Source of the DNA: Alphaproteobacteria bacterium
GTDB taxonomy: Bacteria; Pseudomonadota; Alphaproteobacteria; Bin95
DNA: 64,000 nt
NCBI GenBank assembly: GCA_963665325.3
Contig: OZ224045.1
Location: 1,984,001 to 2,048,000 of the forward strand
Direction of reading: 5' to 3'
The translations under genes were made by a program, and so were the position numbers. Below the pieces are notes generated by a model that had not been told where the DNA came from, ran no database searches, and worked only from the letters and a program-made list of their open reading frames with translations. The number at the start of each line of letters is the position of its first letter. Within the stretch, counting starts at the first letter, position 1. This document shows positions 55,128-64,000 of this stretch, in pieces.

Positions 55128-55730
55128 TCATGTCTTCAGCGGGCCGGCTGGCTCCCACATGCGCGCGAGGAACGTCCTGGCCTCGATGCCGACGGCAGTG
55201 GTGTAGATCGCGGTCGTGGCGATGTCGGCATGGCCGAGTACGGCCGCGATGGTAGGCAGCGGCACGCCGGCCGTGACGGCGGCGATGCCGAAGGCGTGGC
55301 GGAGTCCCTTGGGACATGCCTGGGGTCCGGCGATTCCGGCGCGCTCCATGACGGCGACGATGCGCCGGTGGCCGGTGGCGCGCGACCATGGCCAGAGCGG
55401 CTTGCCGGCGTGCCTGGGCGGGATGCTGCGCAGCCCGTGGACAAGTTCGAGCGCGCGCAGGGTCTCCACGGGCAGGGGGACCTCACGCCAGTGCTCGGCG
55501 CGGCGCTTGAGCGTGCGGATGCGGATCGAGGCCGCGTCCAGGTCGATGTCGGCGGACCGGAGTGCCAGCACCTCTGATAGCCTGGCGCCGGAGTGTGCGA
55601 GCGTCAGCGCGAAGGTCTGGCGTTCGGGTTTCGGCTCGCGGGCTGCGACGGCGAGGAAGCGCGTGCGTTCGGCAGCGGTCAGGTATTTGCGCCCGCGTCC
55701 GTCGACGAGCTGGATCGCGCCCAAGGCCAT
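55128..55730 (-). CDS. Small tyrosine recombinase (catalytic domain only)
   Basis: SGARLSE, TLK, KGLRHAF and LGHADIATTAIY motifs. Confidence 0.9.
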   Translation of the reverse strand: MALGAIQLVDGRGRKYLTAAERTRFLAVAAREPKPERQTFALTLAHSGARLSEVLALRSADIDLDAASIRIRTLKRRAEHWREVPLPVETLRALELVHGLRSIPPRHAGKPLWPWSRATGHRRIVAVMERAGIAGPQACPKGLRHAFGIAAVTAGVPLPTIAAVLGHADIATTAIYTTAVGIEARTFLARMWEPAGPLKT

Positions 55731-55880
55731 GGATGCATCGTTACCATTAGCAGTAATGCCCGTCGAGTGGAGTCCGGGGCCGCCAGGGAGGGTCGGTTGT
55801 GCCTCGCGGTGGGCTGGAGTGCGTCGTGGATTGAGACATTATGACAATTCTGTGTCACAGAGCTTGGAAGCGGGGAATGG

Positions 55881-56195
55881 GTGATGGAAGAGAAGACGGC
55901 GAAGTGGGTGTCGTCGATGGACGAGGCGATGTCGGAGTTGGAGAGGATTCTGGATCGGCTGGAGAAGTCCATCGTTTCGGAGGGCTCGTCAGCGGAGGAG
56001 CGGTCCGGGTTGATGGGAGAGCTGGTGGCGGTGTTTGAGCGTCTGGTGCGTTGCGCGGGGGAGGGACGCGGATTGGCGGAGGGAGAGGAAGCGGCCGCGT
56101 TGGTGGAAGCGAGAATTGCCGTTATTGAAAGCGTGAAAAAATTTGTTGTGGCTGCTTACGAGAAAGACACGGGGTTGAAGTGGGCCTGGAACTGA
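55881..56195 (+). CDS. Hypothetical helical protein
   Basis: Plausible composition; convergent with the next gene. Confidence 0.45.
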   Translation: MMEEKTAKWVSSMDEAMSELERILDRLEKSIVSEGSSAEERSGLMGELVAVFERLVRCAGEGRGLAEGEEAAALVEARIAVIESVKKFVVAAYEKDTGLKWAWN

Positions 56196-56233
56196 TTGTC
56201 CACGGGTCGGTCGGAGGTTTTTCCAGGCTGGTT

Positions 56234-56542
56234 TCAGGAGGTGCGGGTCGTCTCGTCATGGTTCGCCGGGGATGCCGCGCACCCTGTGACGGTGCGCGGG
56301 TATCCCAGCTCGGCTTCCAGCTTTGCCATGATGGCTTCGGCATGGGCGATGTCGTTGAGCGCGCGCTCCTCGAAGGAGGCGTCCGCGAATGATTTGGGGA
56401 GGTCCGGGTTTCTGAGTTTCATGTTGTGACGCGCGATGGCCCGGCGTTCGCGTTCAAGCCTGTGACGCGCGTTGTCGCGGGCAGCGGCGAGGGCTTGGTA
56501 GATGACGTCGAGCTCAAGGTCGGTGAATAACGGTGCGGGCAT
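56234..56542 (-). CDS. Hypothetical protein
   Basis: RBS AGGA; part of the minus-strand gene run. Confidence 0.55.
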   Translation of the reverse strand: MPAPLFTDLELDVIYQALAAARDNARHRLERERRAIARHNMKLRNPDLPKSFADASFEERALNDIAHAEAIMAKLEAELGYPRTVTGCAASPANHDETTRTS

Positions 56543-56600
56543 GTCGGGTCCTGTTGTTGGCTGGTGGCGAAAGCAGGGAAGGTGTCTATGCGCGTCCGCG

Positions 56601-57161
56601 TCAGGGCCAGAGATCTGCCAAGCTGAAGGTGACTGCGTCGAAAGGTCGAATGTTGACGGGGTCGTCGTCCTTTGCGCTCGCGATCAGCAGCCATTTGCTT
56701 TCGTGGAGTTCGAATGCTTCCAGAGTGCGATCGGTTGGGTCCACGAGCCAAAGGAAGGGGACTCCTTCGCGGGCATAGACGGGACGCTTTTCGTGTAGGT
56801 CCAGCCTACGGGTTCCGGGGGAGAGAACTTCGCAGACCCAGTCCGGTGCAAGGGTGACGTAGGCGGTGTCGGGATAATGCGGCATCCGCTCCCGGCGCCA
56901 TCCAGCCAGATCTGGTACGAGGATGTCCTCGCCCAGGTGCAGTTCGGGTTCATCGACGATCCACCAGCCGCCCGGGCCTCCGTCGCCATAGTTGAACGGC
57001 GGGTTGAGCCGCGCTCCCAGCCCGGAGCTTGCCCAGGCGTGGGGCATGGCGGGCCGGGGCTGGGTGTGCAGCGCGCCGTCGATCACCTCGGCGACCATGT
57101 GGGCGGGGACATTTAACACGTCCTGGTAATCGGCGCGGCGATCCTGTTTCAATGCTTGCAT
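56601..57161 (-). CDS. Uma2-family endonuclease-like protein
   Basis: EVIDG, PDLAGW, PDWVCEVLSP and GVPFLWLVDP motifs. Confidence 0.9.
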   Translation of the reverse strand: MQALKQDRRADYQDVLNVPAHMVAEVIDGALHTQPRPAMPHAWASSGLGARLNPPFNYGDGGPGGWWIVDEPELHLGEDILVPDLAGWRRERMPHYPDTAYVTLAPDWVCEVLSPGTRRLDLHEKRPVYAREGVPFLWLVDPTDRTLEAFELHESKWLLIASAKDDDPVNIRPFDAVTFSLADLWP

Positions 57162-57190
57162 GAGGAGGCTGGCTCCCTTCGGAAACGAAA

Positions 57191-57565
57191 TTACACGCCG
57201 GCGGGGCCGGAGTCTTCCCTGATCTCCTGCCAGACCTGTCTTCGTCCGGTGTTGCGGTCGATGCGGTCGGCTTGGACAGCGACGCCATTCAGGGCCAAGG
57301 TGGCGGTCACTTCATAGGTTCCTTCTGCCTGCAGGGACTGGATGGTTTCGACCAAGAGTAGAAGGCCTTCTCGTGTGCGCCGGCGCACGAGCGCGAGGCG
57401 GGCTTCATGCTCGTCGCAGGTCATGACTTCGAAGGTGCTGCCGTCGTCGCGAAATCGGGCCTCGAGGCGGCCGCAGCGCTGGGCTGCGGCTCGTGAGGGG
57501 TGGGCGGCTCTGAGGCAGCAAAAGGACCTGCCGGTTCTGAAATGGGCGAGATAGCGTTGGGTCAT
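57191..57565 (-). CDS. Hypothetical protein
   Basis: ATGA coupling to the upstream gene. Confidence 0.5.
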   Translation of the reverse strand: MTQRYLAHFRTGRSFCCLRAAHPSRAAAQRCGRLEARFRDDGSTFEVMTCDEHEARLALVRRRTREGLLLLVETIQSLQAEGTYEVTATLALNGVAVQADRIDRNTGRRQVWQEIREDSGPAGV

Positions 57566-58041
57566 GGAGCGCGCTGCGCGTCGAGGTGGCGGAGCACGGC
57601 GGCGGTGAGTGCGCGGATGTCCTGGTAGGAACGCTCGTCGGAGTCGTTCCATTCGATGAGGCTGTTGAGATGCGGTTCGGGATTGGGCTCGTCCCATTCT
57701 GGGGTGTCGGGGTCGATGCCGGCGAGCCCGGTGTAGACCTCACACATGGTCTCTGTAGCCTCTCCGATATAGGACGGGTCGTTCCAGAGGATCGAGCCGG
57801 TGTGGATGCGGATGGCGGCGCCGAGGCAGAAGCAGCGGGGGCTTTCGGGTGTGGCGAGGCGGAAGGCGGGCGGGTGGCGGACCTCGTCGTTGTCGACGAC
57901 GTGGAAGCCGCCGTCGAACTCGATGACGTCGCCGTCGTCGTCGCGCCCCCATCCCCCCTGGTGCCATCGGTTGGGGCGGTCGAATGTCTCGTGGACGCGG
58001 CGGGCGATCTCGAGCTGTTGCTCGGGGCTGAGCGTGCGCAT
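57562..58041 (-). CDS. Hypothetical protein (DUF6197-like)
   Basis: WHQG, CFCLGAAI and WNDSDER pattern. Confidence 0.55.
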   Translation of the reverse strand: MRTLSPEQQLEIARRVHETFDRPNRWHQGGWGRDDDGDVIEFDGGFHVVDNDEVRHPPAFRLATPESPRCFCLGAAIRIHTGSILWNDPSYIGEATETMCEVYTGLAGIDPDTPEWDEPNPEPHLNSLIEWNDSDERSYQDIRALTAAVLRHLDAQRAP

Positions 58042-58043
58042 GC

Positions 58044-58460
58044 TCAGTCGTCCTCTGGAAACATTATGGTGATTGCGGGGCTACCGTCGTCGCCGGCGCC
58101 GATCGCCACGATTGGGCAGTGCCTGCCGGGCGGTCGGTGGCTGTCGTGGAGGTCCTTGCGGACGTCGCGCACCAGCACGCACATTGTCACGCGGTCGCTG
58201 TCGGAGGCGCGGAGCGCGTAGTGGCGCGCCATCCAGAGCAAGTCCCACAGGCGTCCGCGCTCGTCCTGGAATCCCTGGTAGTCGTCCGGGAGGGCGATGA
58301 TGCGGTTCCAGACCGTGCGCGTGACGGCGACGGGAATATTGAAGCCTGCTTCGCGCGCCGTGTCGGAGACGTCGACGAGGATGCCGTCCTCAATCGCCTG
58401 GGCGCGGGTGTAGACAGAGATGACGGGATCGAACGCGGCGGCGTTGCCGGGTTGGGGCAT
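58044..58460 (-). CDS. Plasmid-associated protein (DUF6573-like)
   Basis: YTRAQAIEDGILVDV, AREAGF, GRLWDLL and ITIMFPED motifs. Confidence 0.75.
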   Translation of the reverse strand: MPQPGNAAAFDPVISVYTRAQAIEDGILVDVSDTAREAGFNIPVAVTRTVWNRIIALPDDYQGFQDERGRLWDLLWMARHYALRASDSDRVTMCVLVRDVRKDLHDSHRPPGRHCPIVAIGAGDDGSPAITIMFPEDD

Positions 58461-58507
58461 GATCGGTTTCCTTGCGGGAAAGAGTGGGAGGCGATCGCTG
58501 CGGCCTG

Positions 58508-59341
58508 TCAGAGCAGCTCGGCGTTCGCTGTTGCATGTTGCCGGCCGGGAGAGGAGGATCCAGCTGGCAGAGGGGGATCGAGCGGGGTTTCGAGGATGCG
58601 CTGGACCCCGCGCCAGACGCCGGGCGAGCGGTCGGTCGTGAGCAGCCGGGCAATCTGTTTGCGTTTGGCAATCCGGTACTTGCGTGTTTTCTCGGCCTCG
58701 GCAAACGCGAATATCTCGCAATAGCGTTTGACGCCGGCAAGCGTGGTTGCGGCATGGCAGCGTCCGGCCTCGCCGAAGCCATGGATGCGCCAGTATTGTC
58801 CGTCCCGCTGCAGGACCGCTGCTTCCTCCCCCTCGACCTGGAAAGCGTGGACGCCCGGCCGCTTGCGTTTCATTGCTGTCCAGGGCCGGAGGCCGGGATG
58901 TTCCGGGAGTGAGCTGGCGACGGAGAAGAGGACGGCTGCGGCGAGTTCCTGCGTGTGGCAGACCGCGTCGAAGGCGAGCGGCCGGTCGGGCGGTAGCGCC
59001 TTTCTGAGCATGGTCCGGATGTGGCCGGAAAGAGTCCCGAGCGCAGCGCCGGCGGTATTGTCGGGATCGAGCCAGTTACGGAACTGCCGCCCGCTGAGGT
59101 CGTATGTCGCCCGGCGGAGGGCGGCATCAAGAGAGAAGCGCTGGGCGCGGGGCGAGAGGGCGTTACAGGACCGGTCTTCGGCGTCGCGAGCGCCCAGCGG
59201 TGTCCAGCTGGCCTCCAGCATTGGCAGCGCGTAGTCACAGATATCCTTTGGCGTCACGATCGGCGGCAGGTCGGCAAGAGCCGGTGTTCCGGCCGGGCGG
59301 GGCCCGGCACGGCGGAAGGTCGGGTCGGGATGCGGTGTCAT
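58508..59341 (-). CDS. Hypothetical protein
   Basis: ATGA coupling to the upstream gene with GAGGA RBS. Confidence 0.55.
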   Translation of the reverse strand: MTPHPDPTFRRAGPRPAGTPALADLPPIVTPKDICDYALPMLEASWTPLGARDAEDRSCNALSPRAQRFSLDAALRRATYDLSGRQFRNWLDPDNTAGAALGTLSGHIRTMLRKALPPDRPLAFDAVCHTQELAAAVLFSVASSLPEHPGLRPWTAMKRKRPGVHAFQVEGEEAAVLQRDGQYWRIHGFGEAGRCHAATTLAGVKRYCEIFAFAEAEKTRKYRIAKRKQIARLLTTDRSPGVWRGVQRILETPLDPPLPAGSSSPGRQHATANAELL

Positions 59342-59883
59342 GACTGGGTGTTCCTCGTGGCTATGCGGAGCGGAACGGGTTCTTCCGTTGGCAAGATGCG
59401 CACGAACCGGACCGCTTCCTCGAGGCGCCGGCGGGCGACGCGGTCATGTCTCGGGTTGGCGCGGAACCAGCGTTCCGGTTTGCGGGAAAACCAGGCCCCG
59501 CTGTCGGCAACGAAGCTGTCGCTGTAGGCGATGAGATGGGTGGTGGTGGCGATGGCCCAGGTGCCGGAGGGCCAGATGTCGAGAACCCGCCCGATGGTGA
59601 CTGAGCGGGTCTCGGAGGGGACGTCGGCGAAAATGCGGTTGTAGGTGTCCTGCCGGCGGGCGTGGCGGCGCTTGTGCAGGTTACGGTGCCGGAGCGCATA
59701 TTCGGGTTGCCAGCCGAGCTCGATCAGGGCGGCGGCGAGTTCGTCCATGTAGACGCCGTTGACGGTCTTTCGGTCGAAGAGCTGTCGGATGATGGCTGCG
59801 GCGTCGTGTGTGTGGATGCCGGCGATGGCGCTGATGGTGGAGGGACCGCATTTGGTGGCCCGGCCCTTGATTCGATGGAGCAT
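59338..59883 (-). CDS. Hypothetical protein
   Basis: Strong RBS AAGGAGG; CGPSTISAI N-terminal motif; first gene of the minus-strand run. Confidence 0.65.
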   Translation of the reverse strand: MLHRIKGRATKCGPSTISAIAGIHTHDAAAIIRQLFDRKTVNGVYMDELAAALIELGWQPEYALRHRNLHKRRHARRQDTYNRIFADVPSETRSVTIGRVLDIWPSGTWAIATTTHLIAYSDSFVADSGAWFSRKPERWFRANPRHDRVARRRLEEAVRFVRILPTEEPVPLRIATRNTQS

Positions 59884-60095
59884 GGCGTTTCCTCCTTGTC
59901 GCGGGGCAAGGGAATTCGCCGAAAGACTGCTTTTCTCGGACTCCTGGTCCGGGTTTCGGGGATAAATGTCTATTGGAGAAGGAGCGATGGGTCTGCTTTA
60001 GAGGGGACCGCGAAGTCAAAACAATCAAGGCTGGGAAGGATCAATATGAAGGTAATTACGAAGTTGAACGGGACGGGTTGTAAGTCGGGAAACCT

Positions 60096-61223
60096 GTGAG
60101 TTGTTGTGGCGAGCGTGAAGGATTGCAAGTAGTGTCCGAACAAGGTGGCAGGACTGGAATTTCGGAGGTTGGCGGAATGGCTGAAGGGGACGGGGTAGGG
60201 ACGGGTCGGGACGGTCTGGTTATACCGGGCGATTTGGACGATCCATTGGTGGACGAGGCGTCCGCTCTCGGAAACGGGGAGGACGCGGTGGTTGACGAGA
60301 CTGCTGCTCCGGGCAACGGAGTGGAGCCCCGGGAGGCGGCGCCGGCGAGCAGGGGAAACGGCGAGGATCGCGACTGGACCGAGATAGACCGTCACAGCGA
60401 TCAGGTCATCGCGTTTCTGGAAAAGATCTGGGAGGATTCGGAAAAGAAGGCTCAGGAGACGCTCCGGCCGCTGCTGGATCGCGTGGAACTGAACCTCGGG
60501 AAATTGGTGAAGCTGACGGAAACCAATGCAGGTGTGCAATTCCGGGACATGAAGCTATTCATCACAAGCTCGGTCGGGGCAGCAGGTCGGGAGCAGGCGG
60601 CTGCTGCCTGGCGGGGACCGGCCGAAGCGTTGCGCCTGTTGGGTAGCGTGCTGGTCGGACTCTCGCAGAGGGCGGGCCAGGATGCGATCGGGAACGAAGA
60701 GCTGACGAATATGTTTCCTGTGCTGAAGACGGCGGAGGCTCTCCTTCTGCGCGCCTGCCAGCATGAGGAGGGCAGGTTGCCGGTGATCGACGAGGCGCTG
60801 GGCGGAACGGGAACGCACGGGGCGCGGACAGCCGTCGTCGCCGCCAGCGTGAGTGAAGCGGTGGCGCTCGTGGAAAAGATGATGAGGGGCTCGGAGACGC
60901 CGGGCAGGAAGGCAGTGGCGGTCCTGGTTGCCGGCAGCATTGTTCAGCTGGGTGGTGTCTTCGGGGCGGAGGGCGAGAACTCGGAATTCGTGCGGCGGGT
61001 CGAGCGGTTGCGCCAGGAGCGCGCGGGACCGGTAGAAGGCGCGGAGTCGAATGACGTGAGGGCCTTCCGGGCGGATTTCGGCAAGGAGCTGGAACGGCTT
61101 CGCAACGCGATGCGATGGCGCGAGCGCGGGATCTGGGCGGCCGGGCTGGCGTGTAGTTTGTTGCTCGGATGGGGAGTCGGAGTCTCGGGCGCGGATTTTT
61201 CGTTCGTGGGCCGCCTGCTATAG
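60096..61223 (+). CDS. Hypothetical protein with acidic N-terminus and C-terminal TM (start uncertain)
   Basis: Long ORF convergent with traA. Confidence 0.5.
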   Translation: MSCCGEREGLQVVSEQGGRTGISEVGGMAEGDGVGTGRDGLVIPGDLDDPLVDEASALGNGEDAVVDETAAPGNGVEPREAAPASRGNGEDRDWTEIDRHSDQVIAFLEKIWEDSEKKAQETLRPLLDRVELNLGKLVKLTETNAGVQFRDMKLFITSSVGAAGREQAAAAWRGPAEALRLLGSVLVGLSQRAGQDAIGNEELTNMFPVLKTAEALLLRACQHEEGRLPVIDEALGGTGTHGARTAVVAASVSEAVALVEKMMRGSETPGRKAVAVLVAGSIVQLGGVFGAEGENSEFVRRVERLRQERAGPVEGAESNDVRAFRADFGKELERLRNAMRWRERGIWAAGLACSLLLGWGVGVSGADFSFVGRLL

Positions 61224-64000
61224 GATCGACATACCAGTGTCTTCCTCGTGGGAGACGCTGCGGTCCTGTTCCTTTGTCTGCGTTCCCTGACGTTGATCGG
61301 TGGTGCGTTCGCGGGCGCGTTCCGTGGTCTCTTCGGGTGTCTTTGCACGATCCCGGTCTCGGAGGGCAGCGTCCTGTTTCCGGAGCTCGTCGATGGTCTC
61401 GACCCCGCGTTGGAAACGGTATTTGGCGTCTTCGCCGGAGAGGTTGCGATTGGCGAGGCGAAGGTGAACATGGAACCGCCGGAGTTCGGCTTGAAGCGAG
61501 GAGACGGAAAGACCGGCTTCCATTTCGCTGAGGGCGGCATCGATGCGAGCTTCGGGAGGTAGAGTAGTCAGCTGGCGGTCGAGGGCTGAGAGGGTGAGTT
61601 CGAAATCGGTGATGAGTCGGACGGCCTGGATATCGTTGTCGGGGAGTGGGGTATCGAGGAAGCGCCCGGCTTCGGTGCGCAGGCGAACGAGTTCCCTGGC
61701 GGTGCCGGCGACGCCCTCGTCCAGGCGCTTGTCGATCGTCGCGATCGCGGAGAGGGTATCTGCGGCGAGTCGCTCAACGGCCGCGAAATTCGTGGCTTGC
61801 CGTTCGAGCTGGGTATCGTAGGCGTCCGATCCGGCGCTGACGGCTTGTCCGAGCTTACGGCCGATCTCGCGCAGTCCGTCGAGGTCGGCGTTGTCGTAGA
61901 GGGCCGCGAGCCCCCCTGCCCTCATGGTCTGGCGTAGATTGCCGCGAAGCTCGACGGTTTCGGCGGTGAGTTCGTAGAGTTGCGCGGCCGGGACTTCGAT
62001 CTGGCTGCGGACCGCTGCCAGGAGATTGTGGTCGAGGCGGGCCAGCACGGTATCGCCGAGTGCGCTGTTCGCCCGGGCGTCGTAGTGGGCCAGGTAGGGG
62101 TCGAATTCGTCTGCGGGCGGGAGATGGTCGACGACCTTCTGCAGGGCGTCCTTGCGTTCGCGAATTCCGGTCCAGTCGATGTCGGGATCGTGGGGTCCCT
62201 GTGTGGCGGCGAAGAGAGCCTGCGCGTCTTCGTGGGTTTCGCCGATGAGGCGGATGAGATTGCGAGCCTGGCGGTCGTATCTGTATGCGGTCCGCTGGTC
62301 CTGGAGGATCGAATTGAAAGTGCGCTGGGAGGTTTCCGGAATGGTGCGCTTCGCGAGGGCTTCCGAAATACGGTCGACGGCGATGCGCCAGCCCGGGACA
62401 TGCACCGGCAGGATGTCGCGCCGGCGGGCCTCGTCGGCGACGGCGCGCCATTGGGCTTCGAGTTCGTTTAGGTGTTCGCTCCGGGGTGGGTGCGGCGTGG
62501 CGGCAGCCGTGTTGAATTCCCGTTGCCGCGCCGCGTAGTCGTGGATCCAGTCGACGAGTCCTTCGCGCGTGATGCCGGCCCGGTCCGCGATCTTCCGGTG
62601 TTGGTGGCGTTTGACGATGCGCCGGAGCGCCTGGCGGGCTCGGTCGAGGAGAGAGCGGTGCGTTTGGAGGGTCTCGAGATATGTCGGGCTGCGCAGGGCT
62701 TCGGCCTTTTCGGTGAGGCGCTCGCGTTCCGTGACGGCGCGATAGCTCTCCTTGATGCCTTCGATGGTCTCGGAGAGTTGCTCGTAGGAGGCCACGTGGT
62801 TGCGGTCGACGGTGTCTTGTTCCACGGTTCGGATCAGCTCGTCGAGGAAGGGCGTTTCGCGGTCCGGCGAACGGTTCGCGCGGAGCCAGTTGACGGCTGA
62901 CAGTCCCCCGGGCGGACGTGGCCGGACCATACTCTTGTAGTAGCCTTTCGGTTCGTGACGGGTGGGATTTTCGGGGTCTGCCGGGGGGAGCGGTTCCAGG
63001 GCGGTGGCGCGCTGGTCCGGTGGCAGGATGTAGTCGCGGGCGGCCTTTTTCGGGTCGGACCGGGACCAGAGTTTGGCGAGGTGGTCCAGGATATCCTGGT
63101 CGGTGACGTCGCGCTGGTGCTCGTATTCGGGGCGCTGGTCGGCAACCGTCAGCCGGATCGGCTCGCTGTTCACATAGACGTCGAGACGGTCGCGGTGCCT
63201 GGTGAGGCTCGGATAGACCGTCTCCAGCGCCGGCCGGTCATCGGCGAGCACATAGGCATGGTCGACGGTTGCGCCCTGGGCCGACGAGAAGGTGAGCGCG
63301 TATCCGTAGTCGAGTCGGGGCAGTCCGTAACGGCCCTGGTCGGGGCTCCAGTCGCGGATTTCGTCGGGGTCGAACGTGAATGTCTTTCCGTCGTCCCTGC
63401 GTGCGGTGATGATGTGTTTTGTCTGGCCGCGCCTGTTCCTGATGAGGTTGCCGTCGTTGTCCCTGGGCGTCTCGATCTTTTCGACGGTGACGAGGTTGCC
63501 GGTGTCCAGGCCGAGGTCGCGGCAGGGGGTCCGGATGACGAGGCGTTCGCCGGTCGCGACGAGGATCTTGCGGGGATTCTTGTGCCGCGTGTCGGAGTTG
63601 TCGCCGGCGACTGTAATCGTGACTTCGCCTACGCGCTGCTCTTCGGTGAGGGCGAGCTTGCGCAGAAGGGGGGTAAGGGCGCCGATTTCGTCATGGGTGC
63701 GGGCGATGACGAGGGTGGACCGATCGGGAGATTCCCGGCGGTGTCTGTCCCAGTCTTCGACGAGTTGCGTCAGGGTCCTGTCGAGATTGTGGCCGAGATG
63801 AAACCGGCCCCGCTCGTGGTAAGCGGCTATGGTTTTCGCGACGCTTTTGGTGGCGTCTTCCCGGTTGTCGGCGAAGCCGTCGCGAAGGTTCGATGAGGCC
63901 GTGATCTGCCAGGGCACGATGCGCGGAGCCTCGTTTTCCGCGCGGTATTGCCGAACGAGTTCCTGCTGTTCGGCATGGCTTATGGTCGCCAGGCGCTCGC
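61218..64000 (-). CDS. traA: C-terminal part of a Ti-type TraA relaxase-helicase; 5' end outside the window
   Basis: RecD-like helicase motifs LDYGYALT..AQGATVD and LTRHRD, W..AS segment and a long helical tail. The relaxase domain itself is not visible. Confidence 0.75.
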   Translation of the reverse strand, partial: ERLATISHAEQQELVRQYRAENEAPRIVPWQITASSNLRDGFADNREDATKSVAKTIAAYHERGRFHLGHNLDRTLTQLVEDWDRHRRESPDRSTLVIARTHDEIGALTPLLRKLALTEEQRVGEVTITVAGDNSDTRHKNPRKILVATGERLVIRTPCRDLGLDTGNLVTVEKIETPRDNDGNLIRNRRGQTKHIITARRDDGKTFTFDPDEIRDWSPDQGRYGLPRLDYGYALTFSSAQGATVDHAYVLADDRPALETVYPSLTRHRDRLDVYVNSEPIRLTVADQRPEYEHQRDVTDQDILDHLAKLWSRSDPKKAARDYILPPDQRATALEPLPPADPENPTRHEPKGYYKSMVRPRPPGGLSAVNWLRANRSPDRETPFLDELIRTVEQDTVDRNHVASYEQLSETIEGIKESYRAVTERERLTEKAEALRSPTYLETLQTHRSLLDRARQALRRIVKRHQHRKIADRAGITREGLVDWIHDYAARQREFNTAAATPHPPRSEHLNELEAQWRAVADEARRRDILPVHVPGWRIAVDRISEALAKRTIPETSQRTFNSILQDQRTAYRYDRQARNLIRLIGETHEDAQALFAATQGPHDPDIDWTGIRERKDALQKVVDHLPPADEFDPYLAHYDARANSALGDTVLARLDHNLLAAVRSQIEVPAAQLYELTAETVELRGNLRQTMRAGGLAALYDNADLDGLREIGRKLGQAVSAGSDAYDTQLERQATNFAAVERLAADTLSAIATIDKRLDEGVAGTARELVRLRTEAGRFLDTPLPDNDIQAVRLITDFELTLSALDRQLTTLPPEARIDAALSEMEAGLSVSSLQAELRRFHVHLRLANRNLSGEDAKYRFQRGVETIDELRKQDAALRDRDRAKTPEETTERARERTTDQRQGTQTKEQDRSVSHEEDTGMSIL

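Noticed and set aside
55128-55730. Shufflon Rci or ICE integrase
   Set aside because: About 45 kb from the pilV-like genes, too short, and no sfx repeats or tRNA/att site were seen.
15985-62000. Legionella-like effector-secreting virulence T4BSS
   Set aside because: No DotL/IcmS/IcmW adaptor complex or effector-like genes were seen. The type IVb pilus, coupling protein and TraA point to conjugation.
1-64000. tRNA, rRNA, CRISPR array or oriT
   Set aside because: None recognised by eye. oriT is expected near the relaxase 5' end, outside the window.

Overview
High-GC DNA, probably alphaproteobacterial (inference), from a conjugative plasmid or ICE. A long + strand cluster (about 3.7-49.7 kb) encodes a type IVb pilus (PilQ, PilR, PilS, two PilV-like proteins, prepilin peptidase, TcpQ/PilL-like proteins) and a Dot/Icm (IncI-like, type IVB) mating apparatus: dotD-dotC-dotB-icmT ... 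dotI-dotH-dotG-icmC-icmD-icmB ... dotA. This apparatus is paired with a VirD4/TraG-type coupling protein instead of DotL/TrbC, and the 3' part of a Ti-type TraA relaxase-helicase lies at the right edge. The cluster carries four apparently identical copies of a 4,384-bp TG...CA transposon: 1-3158 (partial), 16052-20435, 25726-30109 and 37044-41427. The three complete copies have target-site duplications GACGC, GGGC and GCGCC. The four copies interrupt an AAA ATPase gene, dotD, a membrane-protein gene and icmB. The element encodes a Zn-finger/HTH protein, a Mu/TnsB-like DDE transposase, an ExeA/TnsC-like AAA ATPase and an RSF1010-RepA-like (AAA_25) helicase-wHTH protein. The helicase gene ends in converging GTTACC iteron-like repeats followed by GAA mini-hairpins. 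This is the best candidate for an undescribed system: a transposon that may carry its own helicase and origin. The region from 49.7 to 61 kb is accessory or backbone DNA: AAA_14/DUF4143 protein, Rrf2 regulator, two Uma2 nucleases, a duplicated tyrosine recombinase, IS scars and hypothetical genes. All family calls come from motif recognition by eye; no database searches were run.
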